44,646 bases of DNA, taken from positions 186,001-230,646 of the forward strand of contig WELA01003597.1 of assembly GCA_009602735.1 (NCBI GenBank), read 5' to 3'. Below, in pieces: positions 21,605 to 32,800 of this stretch (position 1 is its first letter; every line of letters starts with the position of its first letter). The stretch comes from Mesotaenium endlicherianum. Lineage: Eukaryota. The position numbers and the translations under genes were made by a program. A model generated the notes under the pieces. It was not told the DNA's origin. It made no database searches and saw only the letters and a list, made by a program, of their open reading frames with translations.

Positions 21605-23480
21605 CACACACACGCACGCAACACACACGCACACATTTACACGCACGCACATGCGTGTGCAAAGCATGCACGCGGAAGCGTGCTGGCCAGGCACACGCCC
21701 GCACACGTGCCCGCACGAGTCCTTCAGAGAGCAAGTCATGAAGAGCATGCACGTGTCTGAAGGCAGGCACATACAGCATTTCAAGATGAAGCACACAACA
21801 TAACTCCTCCTGTGGAGAGCAAGAGGAGGAGTCAGAGCACCATCAAGCTCCGCAGGAGCCCAGAAAGGAGGGAGAGAGAGAGAGAGAAAGAGCGAGAGGG
21901 AGGGAGCGGAACGAACGGACTGGGAGCTGCACCATGAGACTGGTATACCAACTGATCAACCAATGGACCAACTGATTGATCAACAAACCGATGGCTGACA
22001 AACAGACTGACCGACCGACCGACCAACCGACCGAACGACTGACCGCCCAAGTGACTGACCGACGGACGGGTGCAGCTTGGAGGGAGAGGGGCAGGGGCAG
22101 CGACAGGCTGGGTGGTGCTGAGGGGCTCCTCACTCTCCATTCACAGAAGGGGGATCTTTCACGACACGACATGTTATGCAGTACAAGGCACAGGTCCCTG
22201 ACGACGTCTGTAGAGGGGCAGCTCCACACGGCACAGGCACATGCACCCAAGCACACGGACACACACATGCACACAAGCACACACACACACACACAGACGC
22301 ACAAAAGGTTGCGACAAGCCCCGTGTCACACAGTGAGCCCGGGAGGAGAGTGGACTCATTTTGGAGCCTGTGGACTGAGGCTGAGGCAAAGCAGGCGGCG
22401 GCGGCTGCTGCTGCTGCTGCGCTCCCTCCCCCTCTTTCTCCTGCTCTGTTTCTGGAGAGGCACAAGAGAGCACACCCAGCCCAACCCCACGCCACTCATT
22501 CCACGGTCAGTCCTCTTCCCTGCTCTGCTACAAGGATGAGCATGCGTCGCCGGCATGCGTGCCAGCAGGTGTTGAGCACTGGAGCTATAGACCAAGTGAT
22601 AGGCTGACAGACACACAGAAAGGCAGGCAGGAAGGCGGAGCGAGCGGCAAGTCCCTCAAGGGCGTCACAGCTGCATGGCTGGTGTGTACTAGACAGGCGA
22701 TTACCGCTTATCCAGGGTGACTGGAGCACTTTTCACGTGTCAAGACAGGTGGCGCCTGCTGCTGCTGTTGTGACGGCCGTTCCTCCTCCTCCTCCTCCTC
22801 CTCAGAATTTTCAAGTGGACATGTCGAGCGCTTGCCCACCCCCACCCCCACCCCCACCGGAGACCCACACAGGAGCATTTACGGGCAGTTGTCAGCTGAG
22901 AGGGCAGGCAAACTGATAAAAGAGGTAAGAGTTACTGGAGACAAATAAGCTAGTGAACATCAAACGTTCAGCAAGCACCTGACAGGCATATCGAGCAATA
23001 ACCTCGCAGGCTCCGTACAGACCACATGAATCGCACGAGGCGTTGCGCGGCGTGCGCAGCGCGTGCGCGTGCTGGCCAGGCACACGCCCACGGCCACGCA
23101 CGCCCCTGCCCATCAAGAGAGCGAGTGAGAGCGAGCGAGTGACATGAAGTGGCTGGCTGGACGAGACGAGCAGGCGTGCTAGCATGGCAACGGCAATGGC
23201 GTGGCAGGGGAGCGGAGCGGAAGGGCACAGAGGAAGGGAGGCGAAGATGGGGTGGCAGGCGGGGAGGAGGAGCATACTCAGCGATGCACTGACTGCACGC
23301 AATTTCATGATCTTCTGCTGCAGTGCTTGCAGACTGCGCCTGGATGCGGCCCCACTCCTCGCTTGACACCTGGCAAGACGCCCGCTGCACATCGGGTCAG
23401 TCGCAGGTTGTGACGCACTGCAGCAGGCAGCAGCCATCAGAAGGGCCCGGAAGCCCGGATGCATCTCGTGCATGGGCGCA
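21100..23480 (+). repeat. Tandem element family B, copy 1 (~2.7 kb period); contains (CA)n and (GACC/GACT)n tracts
   Basis: Anchors recur ~2.7 kb downstream: GACACxCGCTCCAGC (~21206/23917), GCATGCACGTGTCTGAAGGCAGGCACA (21745/24424), AAGACAGGTGGC (22742/25424), GTCAGyTGAGAGGGCAGGCAAA (~22891/25595), GACACCTGGCA (23365/26070). Boundaries are approximate. Confidence 0.8.
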
Positions 23481-23799
23481 GGCGGTGCGTTGCCTGAAGT
23501 CGCTTGAGTGAGCAGGAGCTCCCTCATTCCACTGCTTCTCACTTCTGCGGGCGTCCTCTGAGCTACGCGTGCGTGCATGCATGTATGCAGGCGACAGAGG
23601 AGGGGGAAGAGAGGAATGCCAGGCACGCCGCCAAGGCGAGGCAGGCCCCCTGACGGTTCTCATCGGCACGAAAACAGAAAATCACACACATGTGCACGAG
23701 CGGGCCCCGTGAAGCCGGCTCTGGTACCGGATCTCCAGGACCGGGGGGGCGTCCTGTGGGCTATCATGAGGGCAGACAGCTGTCGCAGGAGAACAGAGC

Positions 23800-26140
23800 T
23801 AGGGAGGGACCGGCTGACCATGCTACGGGAAGGGCGAGGGGCGAGGGGAGAGGGCGTGTGATAGAGGGGAAAGGAATTGCCACAGCTGCGAGGGGTGCAG
23901 GTGCAGAGATCTCTGTGACACGCTCCAGCAAGGCGGGATTGAGGCGGAGCTCCCCCTCTCTTCGAGCAACGACGCCGCCCAGCGCGCGCACATGCGCACT
24001 TGAGGTCCTCTCCGGCCGCGCGTGCCAAGCAGTCCTGAGTGTCACCCAGAATGGATTCCCCCCCTTTCACACGCAATAGCTCCATTTGCAGTTAGCAAGT
24101 GTGTGCGTGCAGGTACTGCATGGTCCACGTGTCCATGCAGCACCAATTTCTTTCTGAAGCGCACACATGCCCATATACACACACATGGGGAATGAGAGAA
24201 ACTCATACAGAAGCACATACACACACACACACGCACATACAGACGCGATACATACACACTACAAATGCACATACATATATGCCCCCATACATACGCACGC
24301 ACGTGTAAACACACACACACACACACACACACACATGTGGAGCATGCATGCCGATGCGTGCTGGCCAGGCACACACCCGCGCACGTGCCCCCAAAAGTTC
24401 CTGACAGAAGTAAGACAACGACGAGCATGCACGTGTCTGAAGGCAGGCACAGAACGCATTCTTTGAGTGAGGTCCCGAGACATGTGCCTCGCCTATGGAG
24501 AGTGAGAGGAGTCAGAGAGCCACCAAACGCCCAACGCCCACTTGGGAGAGGAAGCGATAGAGAGGAGGAAACGACTGGGGGGCGCACCAGGAGATTTGCC
24601 GACTGACAGACCTGCCGACTGACTGACCTACGGACCGACAGAAAAACCGACAGAAATACTGACTAACAGACTGACTGGCAGACCAACCGACCAATTGACC
24701 GACCGACTGGCTGCCTGACCGACCGACCGACTGACTGGTGACCAACTGACAGGTGAGGTACACAAGAGGGCCACCTGGGGCGGCACACTTGCTGGTGCTG
24801 AGAGCTACTCACAATTCTTCAACTCAGGGGGGGGGACTCTTACAACAACGTTCACGGCTATAACAACATCGCTTTTAAGCGACCTCTGCCCAAAGTGCGT
24901 ACACACTTACACCCACAAGCTCACACGCACACACACACACACTCATACACACATGAATACAAACACACGCATTCACACACACACGCGCATACACACAAGC
25001 ACACACACACGTGGTTCCAACGAATTGCATGTCCCCCAATGAGCTGGAAAGGTGACTCAACTTGTGTGTGAGTCCGGAAAAGGTACATGCAGCTGGTGGT
25101 TGCTGCAGCTGCTCCCCTCCCCTCCGCTCCTTCCATCCTCTATCTGGAGGGACACCAGGTCACACCCCCGACACAAAGCCAGAGAACCGTCAGCCCTCTT
25201 CCCTGCTTTACTGCCAGGGCATGCAACGCCGCCATGAATGCATATGCTGAGTACCGTACTCTGGTCAGAGCAACTGACAGGCACAAAAAAACAGACGGAC
25301 AGGCAGGCAGACGGGCAGGCAAAGCGAACAACAACTCACAGTCTGCAACACGTGTATGACAGCTACTAACCCGACTGGCAAAAGTGAAATGCGCAGAGAT
25401 GAGTGACGTACTTTTCATACATGAAGACAGGTGGCACCCGTTGCTGCTGCTGCTGCTGCTGCTGTCATCGCTGCTGCTTCCTCCTTCTCCTCCTGCACCT
25501 CCTCCTTCTCAACCATGCAGACTACTTGCCCATCCACACGCCTCCCATATCATTCACACGACCAGTACACCATGTTACACGATCTGCAGCAGTCGTCAGT
25601 TGAGAGGGCAGGCAAATGATGCCGCCATAACATGGCTGGTCAGTGGAGTGAAAGAGGCAAGTAAGCGCTGGTCACACTCTCTTAAGGGCAGACAAGCTAT
25701 GCCAGTGTGCCGCCACATAGATTCCACCCATTGCACGGGGTGCGGCGTGCGCAGCTCACGCGAGTGCTGGCCACACACACGCGAGCCCCGCACGGTCCTG
25801 CCTTTGCATGGTGACTGAGAGAGAGGGAGAGAGGGAGATGCACGCCTGACCGACAGAGCTGGAACAGAAGAGGCAAGTGGATGAGACCGGGCGTGCCAGC
25901 CAGCTGGGTCACACGGGATGCACACAAACTGTGGGCCAGGGCATAGCAATTGCGTGGCATGGGAGAGCAAGGCGAGAGGAGGGGCGGGTAGGTGTGCTTA
26001 CTTGGTGATACTCTGCCAGCACGTAGAACCAAGTTCAACTGCGGCAGGGTGCGGCTTCGACCCTTGGGCGACACCTGGCAGCACCTGGAGCACATGCCAG
26101 TCTCAGGTCAGGCTGCCCAGCAGCAAGGAGAAGGGCTCCT
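23800..26140 (+). repeat. Tandem element family B, copy 2
   Basis: Colinear with 21100-23480, including the (CA)n and GACC/GACT tetranucleotide tracts. Confidence 0.8.
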
Positions 26141-26519
26141 GAGTCTGGCAAGGCAACGCCTCATTACATCATACATGGATGCGGCCATGGCATGTGCGAA
26201 GGTAAGTAAGCCAAGTTCCTTCCAGACTTCCTCTGACATTGAAACTATGGAAAATCAATCACGAGGGGTGAGAAAAAGGATTCACTCATTTTCCTCCTAA
26301 GTCCAAATTGAAAGCGCCCCCCTCCTCCTCCTTCTCCTCCTGCTCCCAAACAGGCATCGCTTGCACTTTCTACCCCCCCCCCGTCCTTCAGCCCCTCCCC
26401 CNGCTGCAAGGGCAGGTCATGGCAGAATGCGTGTGCACTCCACATGCAGACAGACCGACAGGTGGGCTGACACCTCAACAGACGCACTAGACGGGATTGA
26501 CAACAACAACACACGATGA

Positions 26520-27460
26520 CAACGACAGCCTGACAGAGACACACACACACTAGACAGAACAGAGACATACGGGCTGACCTGCAACAGACAGAGAGGGGGT
26601 AGCAGGCAAGCTGCTCCAAGAAGGAAGGTGAATGGTGAAAGTGACTGACTTGGTTTGGAAACAGGTGGTGCCTGCTACTGCTGCTGCTAGCGCTGCTGCC
26701 GATGCCACTCATCCTCCTCCTCCTCCTCCTCTTCCTCGTTGTTCTTGAAGAGTACTCTTGCTCTCTCTCCTCAACCATTTGCGTCCCCCCCAACCCCCCC
26801 CCCCCTCCNNNNNNNNNNNNNNNNNNNNNNNNNNNNNNNNNNNNNNNNNNNNNNNNNNNNNNNNNNNNNNNNNNNNNNNNNNNNNNNNNNNNNNNNNNNN
26901 NNNNNNNNNNNNNNNNNNNNNNNNNNNNNNNNNNNNNNNNNNNNNNNNNNNNNNNNNNNNNNNNNNNNNNNNNNNNNNNNNNNNNNNNNNNNNNNNNNNN
27001 NNNNNNNNNNNNNNNNNNNNNNNNNNNNNNNNNNNNNNNNNNNNNNNNNNNNNNNNNNNNNNNNNNNNNNNNNNNNNNNNNNNNNNNNNNNNNNNNNNNN
27101 NNNNNNNNNNNNNNNNNNNNNNNNNNNNNNNNNNNNNNNNNNNNNNNNNNNNNNNNNNNNNNNNNNNNNNNNNNNNNNNNNNNNNNNNNNNNNNNNNNNN
27201 NNNNNNNNNNNNNCCCCCTCCCGCCCCCAACAAGACACACATGCAGCCAGTTGTCAGCGGAGGGGCATGCAAGGTGGCAAGACCACTCCGGCACATGGAA
27301 ACAGGTGACAGGCAGGCAGGCAGGCAGACAGACCAAGGTTTCACTCAAAGAACAATCCACATGCTCATTCCACAAAGACATTCGGCAAAGCACGTTGTGC
27401 AGGACGCAGCGTGCGCAGTGCGTGTGCGCGCGAACATGCTGGCCAGGCATGCCCACACCC
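26520..27460 (+). repeat. Tandem element family B, partial third copy (spans an N gap)
   Basis: ACAGGTGGTGCCTGCTACTGCTGCTG (26661), CAGTTGTCAGCGGAGGGGCATGCAA (27248) and GCGTGCGCAG..TGCTGGCCAGGCA (~27409-27449) match the 3' part of copies 1 and 2. Confidence 0.6.
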
Positions 27461-29897
27461 ACACTTGCATGCGCTTCACTGCCCGCGGCACACACGATAT
27501 AACCGACTAATCCCACGGAGACACCCTCCTCCTTCAGACTCGGGCGTAAGAAGGCCATGGCTGGCTAACTCACAGCTCGTTCAGCCAATCAGCAAGTTAA
27601 TTCTAGGTGCAGCAAGATCCAGAAATTAAGCAGAGGGGAGGGCTTCTTTTGGTCATAACGCACACTCTGGCAGTCAGGATTGGGCAGGGGTGCCACCTCC
27701 TCGCGCCAGCTGGCAGGCACCCGGTTCTGGCAGTTGACGAGGCTGAAGCAGAAGGTGGGACGACGACAATCAAGGTGGTCTTCCGCCGTGAGAAGAGCGT
27801 GCGGCGCGTGGGTGTGTGCTCTCGGACGCGACAGGTGGCTTGCTCTTGAAGGCCAGGAAACAAAGCCATTGGTTGAGCCAGCTGCCCGCATTCAGTGGAC
27901 CTCCTCCAATTCGCCCTCGATGTAGCCCTCCTGTTGCGCCAGGTGTCAACCAAACACCAAACAAGACACAATGTCAACTGCAGCCATGCCGGATTCACAA
28001 TTTTACAGCATTGCAAGATTGAGTGCGATGTTTTTTGCCATAAGGTGCAAGGACAGCTGGTAATTGCTGTGAAAGAGGAGAGGTAAGGAAGCCCCTCGAT
28101 TCCTGGCATTATTTCGGCATGGAAATTCGTGAAAAATCTTTACAGAAGGCACTATATGGTAGGTTAAGAGGCGTAAGGAGGAAACCTGGCATCAGCGAAA
28201 TTTGCATTTGACAGGTGGATGACAATCGGTGTACCAGGCCCCCCCAACCTGCTCCGACCACACCACACCAGGAAATATGAGATTAGGTGTAAATTATGAT
28301 GGCATTCAAACAGGCCGCCTGACCGGCAGGAATATTACGTATAGAATGCAGTTCCTGGTTTCAGTGGACGAGCCAAGGCAGACTGACGCTATTAAAAGGC
28401 AATAAGAGACATGAAAGAGATGAGTACCCACCTTTATCAGTAGTTAAAGTGGGCGTACAGCAGAAGATGACATCTCTGGGATGTTACTGAAGCATCACAT
28501 CTTTGCCCAAGGTCGTGGCGTTCAACGTAAGGGCCTGCTACATGGTGTTCTTGCTGCTGGTACACATACAGGGGGGATAAACACTTGGGTTTTTGGCATT
28601 AAGAATTTATCGACGAGACTCCCTGACAGATACTTGAAAGCGCACTTGCAAAGTTCTTATAAGAGCGTGAAGAGAGCGCTTAGGAGACAGCATGGCAGCG
28701 ACTGTTGCAATTGAGAAATGGCCCTGAACTTTGTGCATGTTTCTGAGTTTTGTAGAGGTCGAGGGCGGGCAAACAGTGGCAAACATGGACATGTTCGAGG
28801 GCGACATTGACTACTCGGTGGTGTACAGTTGGCAACCAACGTCCTGCCTGAACATCCTGCGCACCTGTCGTCACTTTGCGTCACTTCAGGAGCAAACTGC
28901 ATGAACTTGGACGCCAACGTCTCAAATTAGTCTCCAACGGTGACTTTCAACGGGCTTGTACAAATCTTGGCATCGTGGACTGAAGTGAACAGGCGCGAAC
29001 AGGTGTACAATATGATCTGATATGATCCACGGTTTTCGATTTGGCATTGACTAACGTTGACAAATGAGGTATTGACCACATTTTATGGACATTCACGGCA
29101 TCTTCTCCCAGCTTCTCCACCTTCTCCACAACCAAGTGGTGGGGGTGAATGGGTAGGAGGTGGAGGCCATGTCCAAATGTTTGTAAGCATGAAGTAAGTT
29201 AAGCTGAAGTCACAATATTATCTCAGATTAATGACAAAAAAAAGAAATGGGTAACAAAATACCTTATATTTAGCTTTCAGATCAAACTTTAGTAGACAGA
29301 AAAGGGAAAGTTAAGGTACTATGTACAAGCTTATTCCATGCAGTACCACACATAAGTACTTATTATCATGATCATATACATATGTATATATATATATCTC
29401 GATTATTCATTAATTCATTGGGCTCAAAGAGATAGTTATTGCTGCTTTGAGTAATACATTTACCATAACCATGGACTATGTCCTCAATGAGCAAGTAAAT
29501 ACAGAGGCTTAACAAGTGCTCTATGACACAAGTTGAACATTGCCAAACATAATCTTCGTTGATGGTGGCGTAGGCAGAGGGCATTTAGTATGCCTATCAT
29601 AAGCATTGCCAAAAGGCTGGGGGAAACGCTTTAGGGATCTCCCCTGCTAGGTCTTCCATACGCTCTTCCATCATATTGCACATTCCACCCAAATCAAGTG
29701 TGGTTGAAGTCTCCTTGTTACTGTACAACCTCATTCATGTGTGCTAAGGAAGCGAAATGGACGCTTGGGAAAAGTCACTAGTCAAAGAAGAACTCGCATC
29801 ATAGCAGCTCTAGCACGTGGCACGAGAGAAAAAGTGGGATCCATACCCAATGCAACAGTAGTTTAGGGACAACATTAAGTGCCTTTTTGGCACCACT

Positions 29898-32800
29898 TTA
29901 ATCTACGCCCTGTAACGGTTTTGATAATGTATGATGTCGCCCTGATGCAATCTGGTGCAGATCAAAGCGAAGGCCTTCCAATGTGACATCAAATGCATCG
30001 AGAAACTTTGTCAACTGATGCTGCGGGTGCGCATACGCTAAGTGGGGGATCAACTTCACGATGTTGTCTTGCATTTGTCGGACTTGCTCAGCCGAAATTT
30101 TGGACAAAACGTGTTCCAGCTTTTGAAACCTCAGCTCGTCATGGGGGAAGTAAATGGCGTACTTGTTGGGGTCATCTGCAATAGCAGCCCCACTGCTTGC
30201 AATTGTTATTCACGCAAGGCACTCAAAGAGAGAATGTGACTCCAAGAGCTGGCAACGTGCACATACAGCGAACTGTATGGGAAGCCAAAGTAAGGGCGGG
30301 GGGACAGGAAGCTGCCGCCTTTCCAGCAAGTTGTGGGCCAGTTACTCACACATTGCAAACGCCGAAGGATCAACATGTAACCAGGAGGGAATACAATTGT
30401 GCATTTGTGACAAGTCTAAACTAGATGGCTAAGGCATACATTTCCAACGTGTCAAGCAGATATGAGGTAATGAGCGTTTCAAAGGAGAAAAGTTCAGACG
30501 TTGCTGGAGAAAGTGGGAGGTGTAAAAACCACGCACGTGCTTGGGCTGTTAAGACATCCCAGCGGACCATACATAGTAGCAAGAAAGACACACGTGACAG
30601 GCCAGGTGCATGCATGCGCGGTGTGCTGAGGACTTGCCTGGTAGATGCCACTTGTGCTGGTGCCCCACTGTGTGGCCCCACAGCACGACAGGAATGGCGC
30701 CGCACAAGAGGGCGTCGAAAAAGGCCCTGGTCGTGTGCGCCGCCCCCTTCAGCTGGACGGAGAACACCGACCTCATGTTCACCTCTGCCACAACCACACG
30801 CTCCCCAGCGTGAGCCTCCATAAAGGTCGTCTAGTATCAAGTGGCAAGGGAGCAAAACAGCAGCGCACGGGGAGATATGAGATTGCAACCTAAGAGCACT
30901 CAGCCATGCCTCTTTTAATCCGATGAACATAGAAGTGCGGAGTGGCGGCTACATTGACGTCTAAGTCGACCTTCAGTAACTTCAGTAAAAGAAAGGTTTG
31001 AGATGCAACGGCTTGCTGGAAAAACAATCAAGGGCCTCCATGGCACACAGCCGGCTTAGAAGAGCCTGAGCCCTAAGCTCAATACCTCAGACCCTGCCTC
31101 GTACGACACACTCTCCGGCATCTTCTGCTGCTATAACGCTCTTACACATGTGTGCATACCCTAGACGTGCATCAAGTGAGCCCCATAAAGCGTGTTGAAT
31201 CCAGCAGAGGCAGAAGGCGGGGGAGCAGGAGGAGGAGGAGCAGGAGGGAAGCAGTGGTACCCATGGTGTCCTCTAGGGAGTAGCCCGCAGCAGGGCTCTC
31301 GCGAAGCTCACATGAGGTGCTCTCATCGCACTGCCATCCCACCCGCCCCCCCACTACATCCACAGCTTTAGGTGTGAGAGGGAGTGCCCTCGTCAAATGC
31401 AGAGATGCGTCTATATGCAGGACACTGTCTCCTTCCAGACACTATGGGCCACAGAGGATCAATGCTACAGAACCAGTGCAGCCCCCAGCAGCCCATCTCC
31501 TCATCCTCCTCACAACGAGGTGCATTTCATACGGGGGACTCCAAGTGCCAAATGCAGGGTTGCACAAGTAAACCCTCTTGCAGTCACAGCATGCACACAT
31601 GCCTGCGGCGTGAAGGAAGTTCCCCTGCTGCTGGCAGCCTTCCCCAACCGTCGGCAGGAGGAGGGAGACTTGCAGGAGGAGCAGACGCACCTGCTGGCGC
31701 ACATGGAAGTGCACCTCGCGCTCATCCTTGTCCAGCACGCGGAAGTCCATAAAGCTAAAGTTCGCACTGCGCTGGCTCGCCCTCACCCGCTCCTGCAGGG
31801 GCCAGCCCAGGCTGCTAGGTTTGAGGGCCAGGGTTTTAGTTTTTCTGCAGATTCACTTGGTGGGCGCATCTTCCTTCACATTCAGCTAAGATACTTGGTC
31901 CTTGCTCTCAAAGCCCCGTGCAAACCGTGATAGACACCATGCTCTCAACTCCTTAAAGTACTGCCCTTTCTTAAGCACTTGACGCCAGCAAGTCCCACGC
32001 GAGCCTGCTCACAACGACTCGAATGGAAGCGTCGGACTGGACATGGCCTGCCACGCAGCAACAATGGCCCTGAAGAAGGCCGAGGGTGGCATGCGAGCCC
32101 CTGCGCACCTGCCAGAGCAGAACGTCTGCATCGGTGCGGGGATGGAAAGCAGTGGGGTACGGCACCGAGGACGAGTGGTAGCTGGTGGGTCCCCACTCGT
32201 CCCTCTCCACCTCCACCTTGTACATCTGCACGCACCACTCCCCCCCACGCGTTCACGCCACTTGGCAGGAGACAGACTGTCTGCTGGCTTGCAACTCTCA
32301 GGCTCAGCAATTTAAAGAACTTGTGCCTCTAGGACTTCCACTACCCTATCTACCTAACCTGCCCCTCCAAGATGCCCTCTGTACACCACATGGCAGGCAT
32401 CCACATGCATGAACAGGGCGACAGGCCTCTGATGGCACAGGGGGTTTAATGAGGAGGCGAGGGAGATAGTACGGTGTGTCCAGTGGGAGGTGAGGGGAGG
32501 GAAGCAAGCACACACACCTTGGAGATCTCAGGCAGCTGCTCGAGGTTGGTGCCCCACACCTCCCCCAGCAGGTCGGAGCGATACCAGGTCCAGTAGGACA
32601 GCCCCTTGACCATGAAGTGGTCCTTCCCAGCGCGCTTGTGGAACCACTTCTGGGAGCGCATGTACTTCGCCAGTTGGATGCCCAGCCTGTCGACCTCGTC
32701 CTTTGGTTTCCCCTCCTTCAACTTCCACTCCAAAGCTGCCAGCATGACAAGTGGCATCACCTCAGCCTAGCAGTGGACCACACCTTCCTCCATCAATTTC

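Noticed and set aside
21513..21796. Cys/Val- or His/Thr-repeat ORFs (also 24167-24483)
   Set aside because: They are translations of (CA)n microsatellites.
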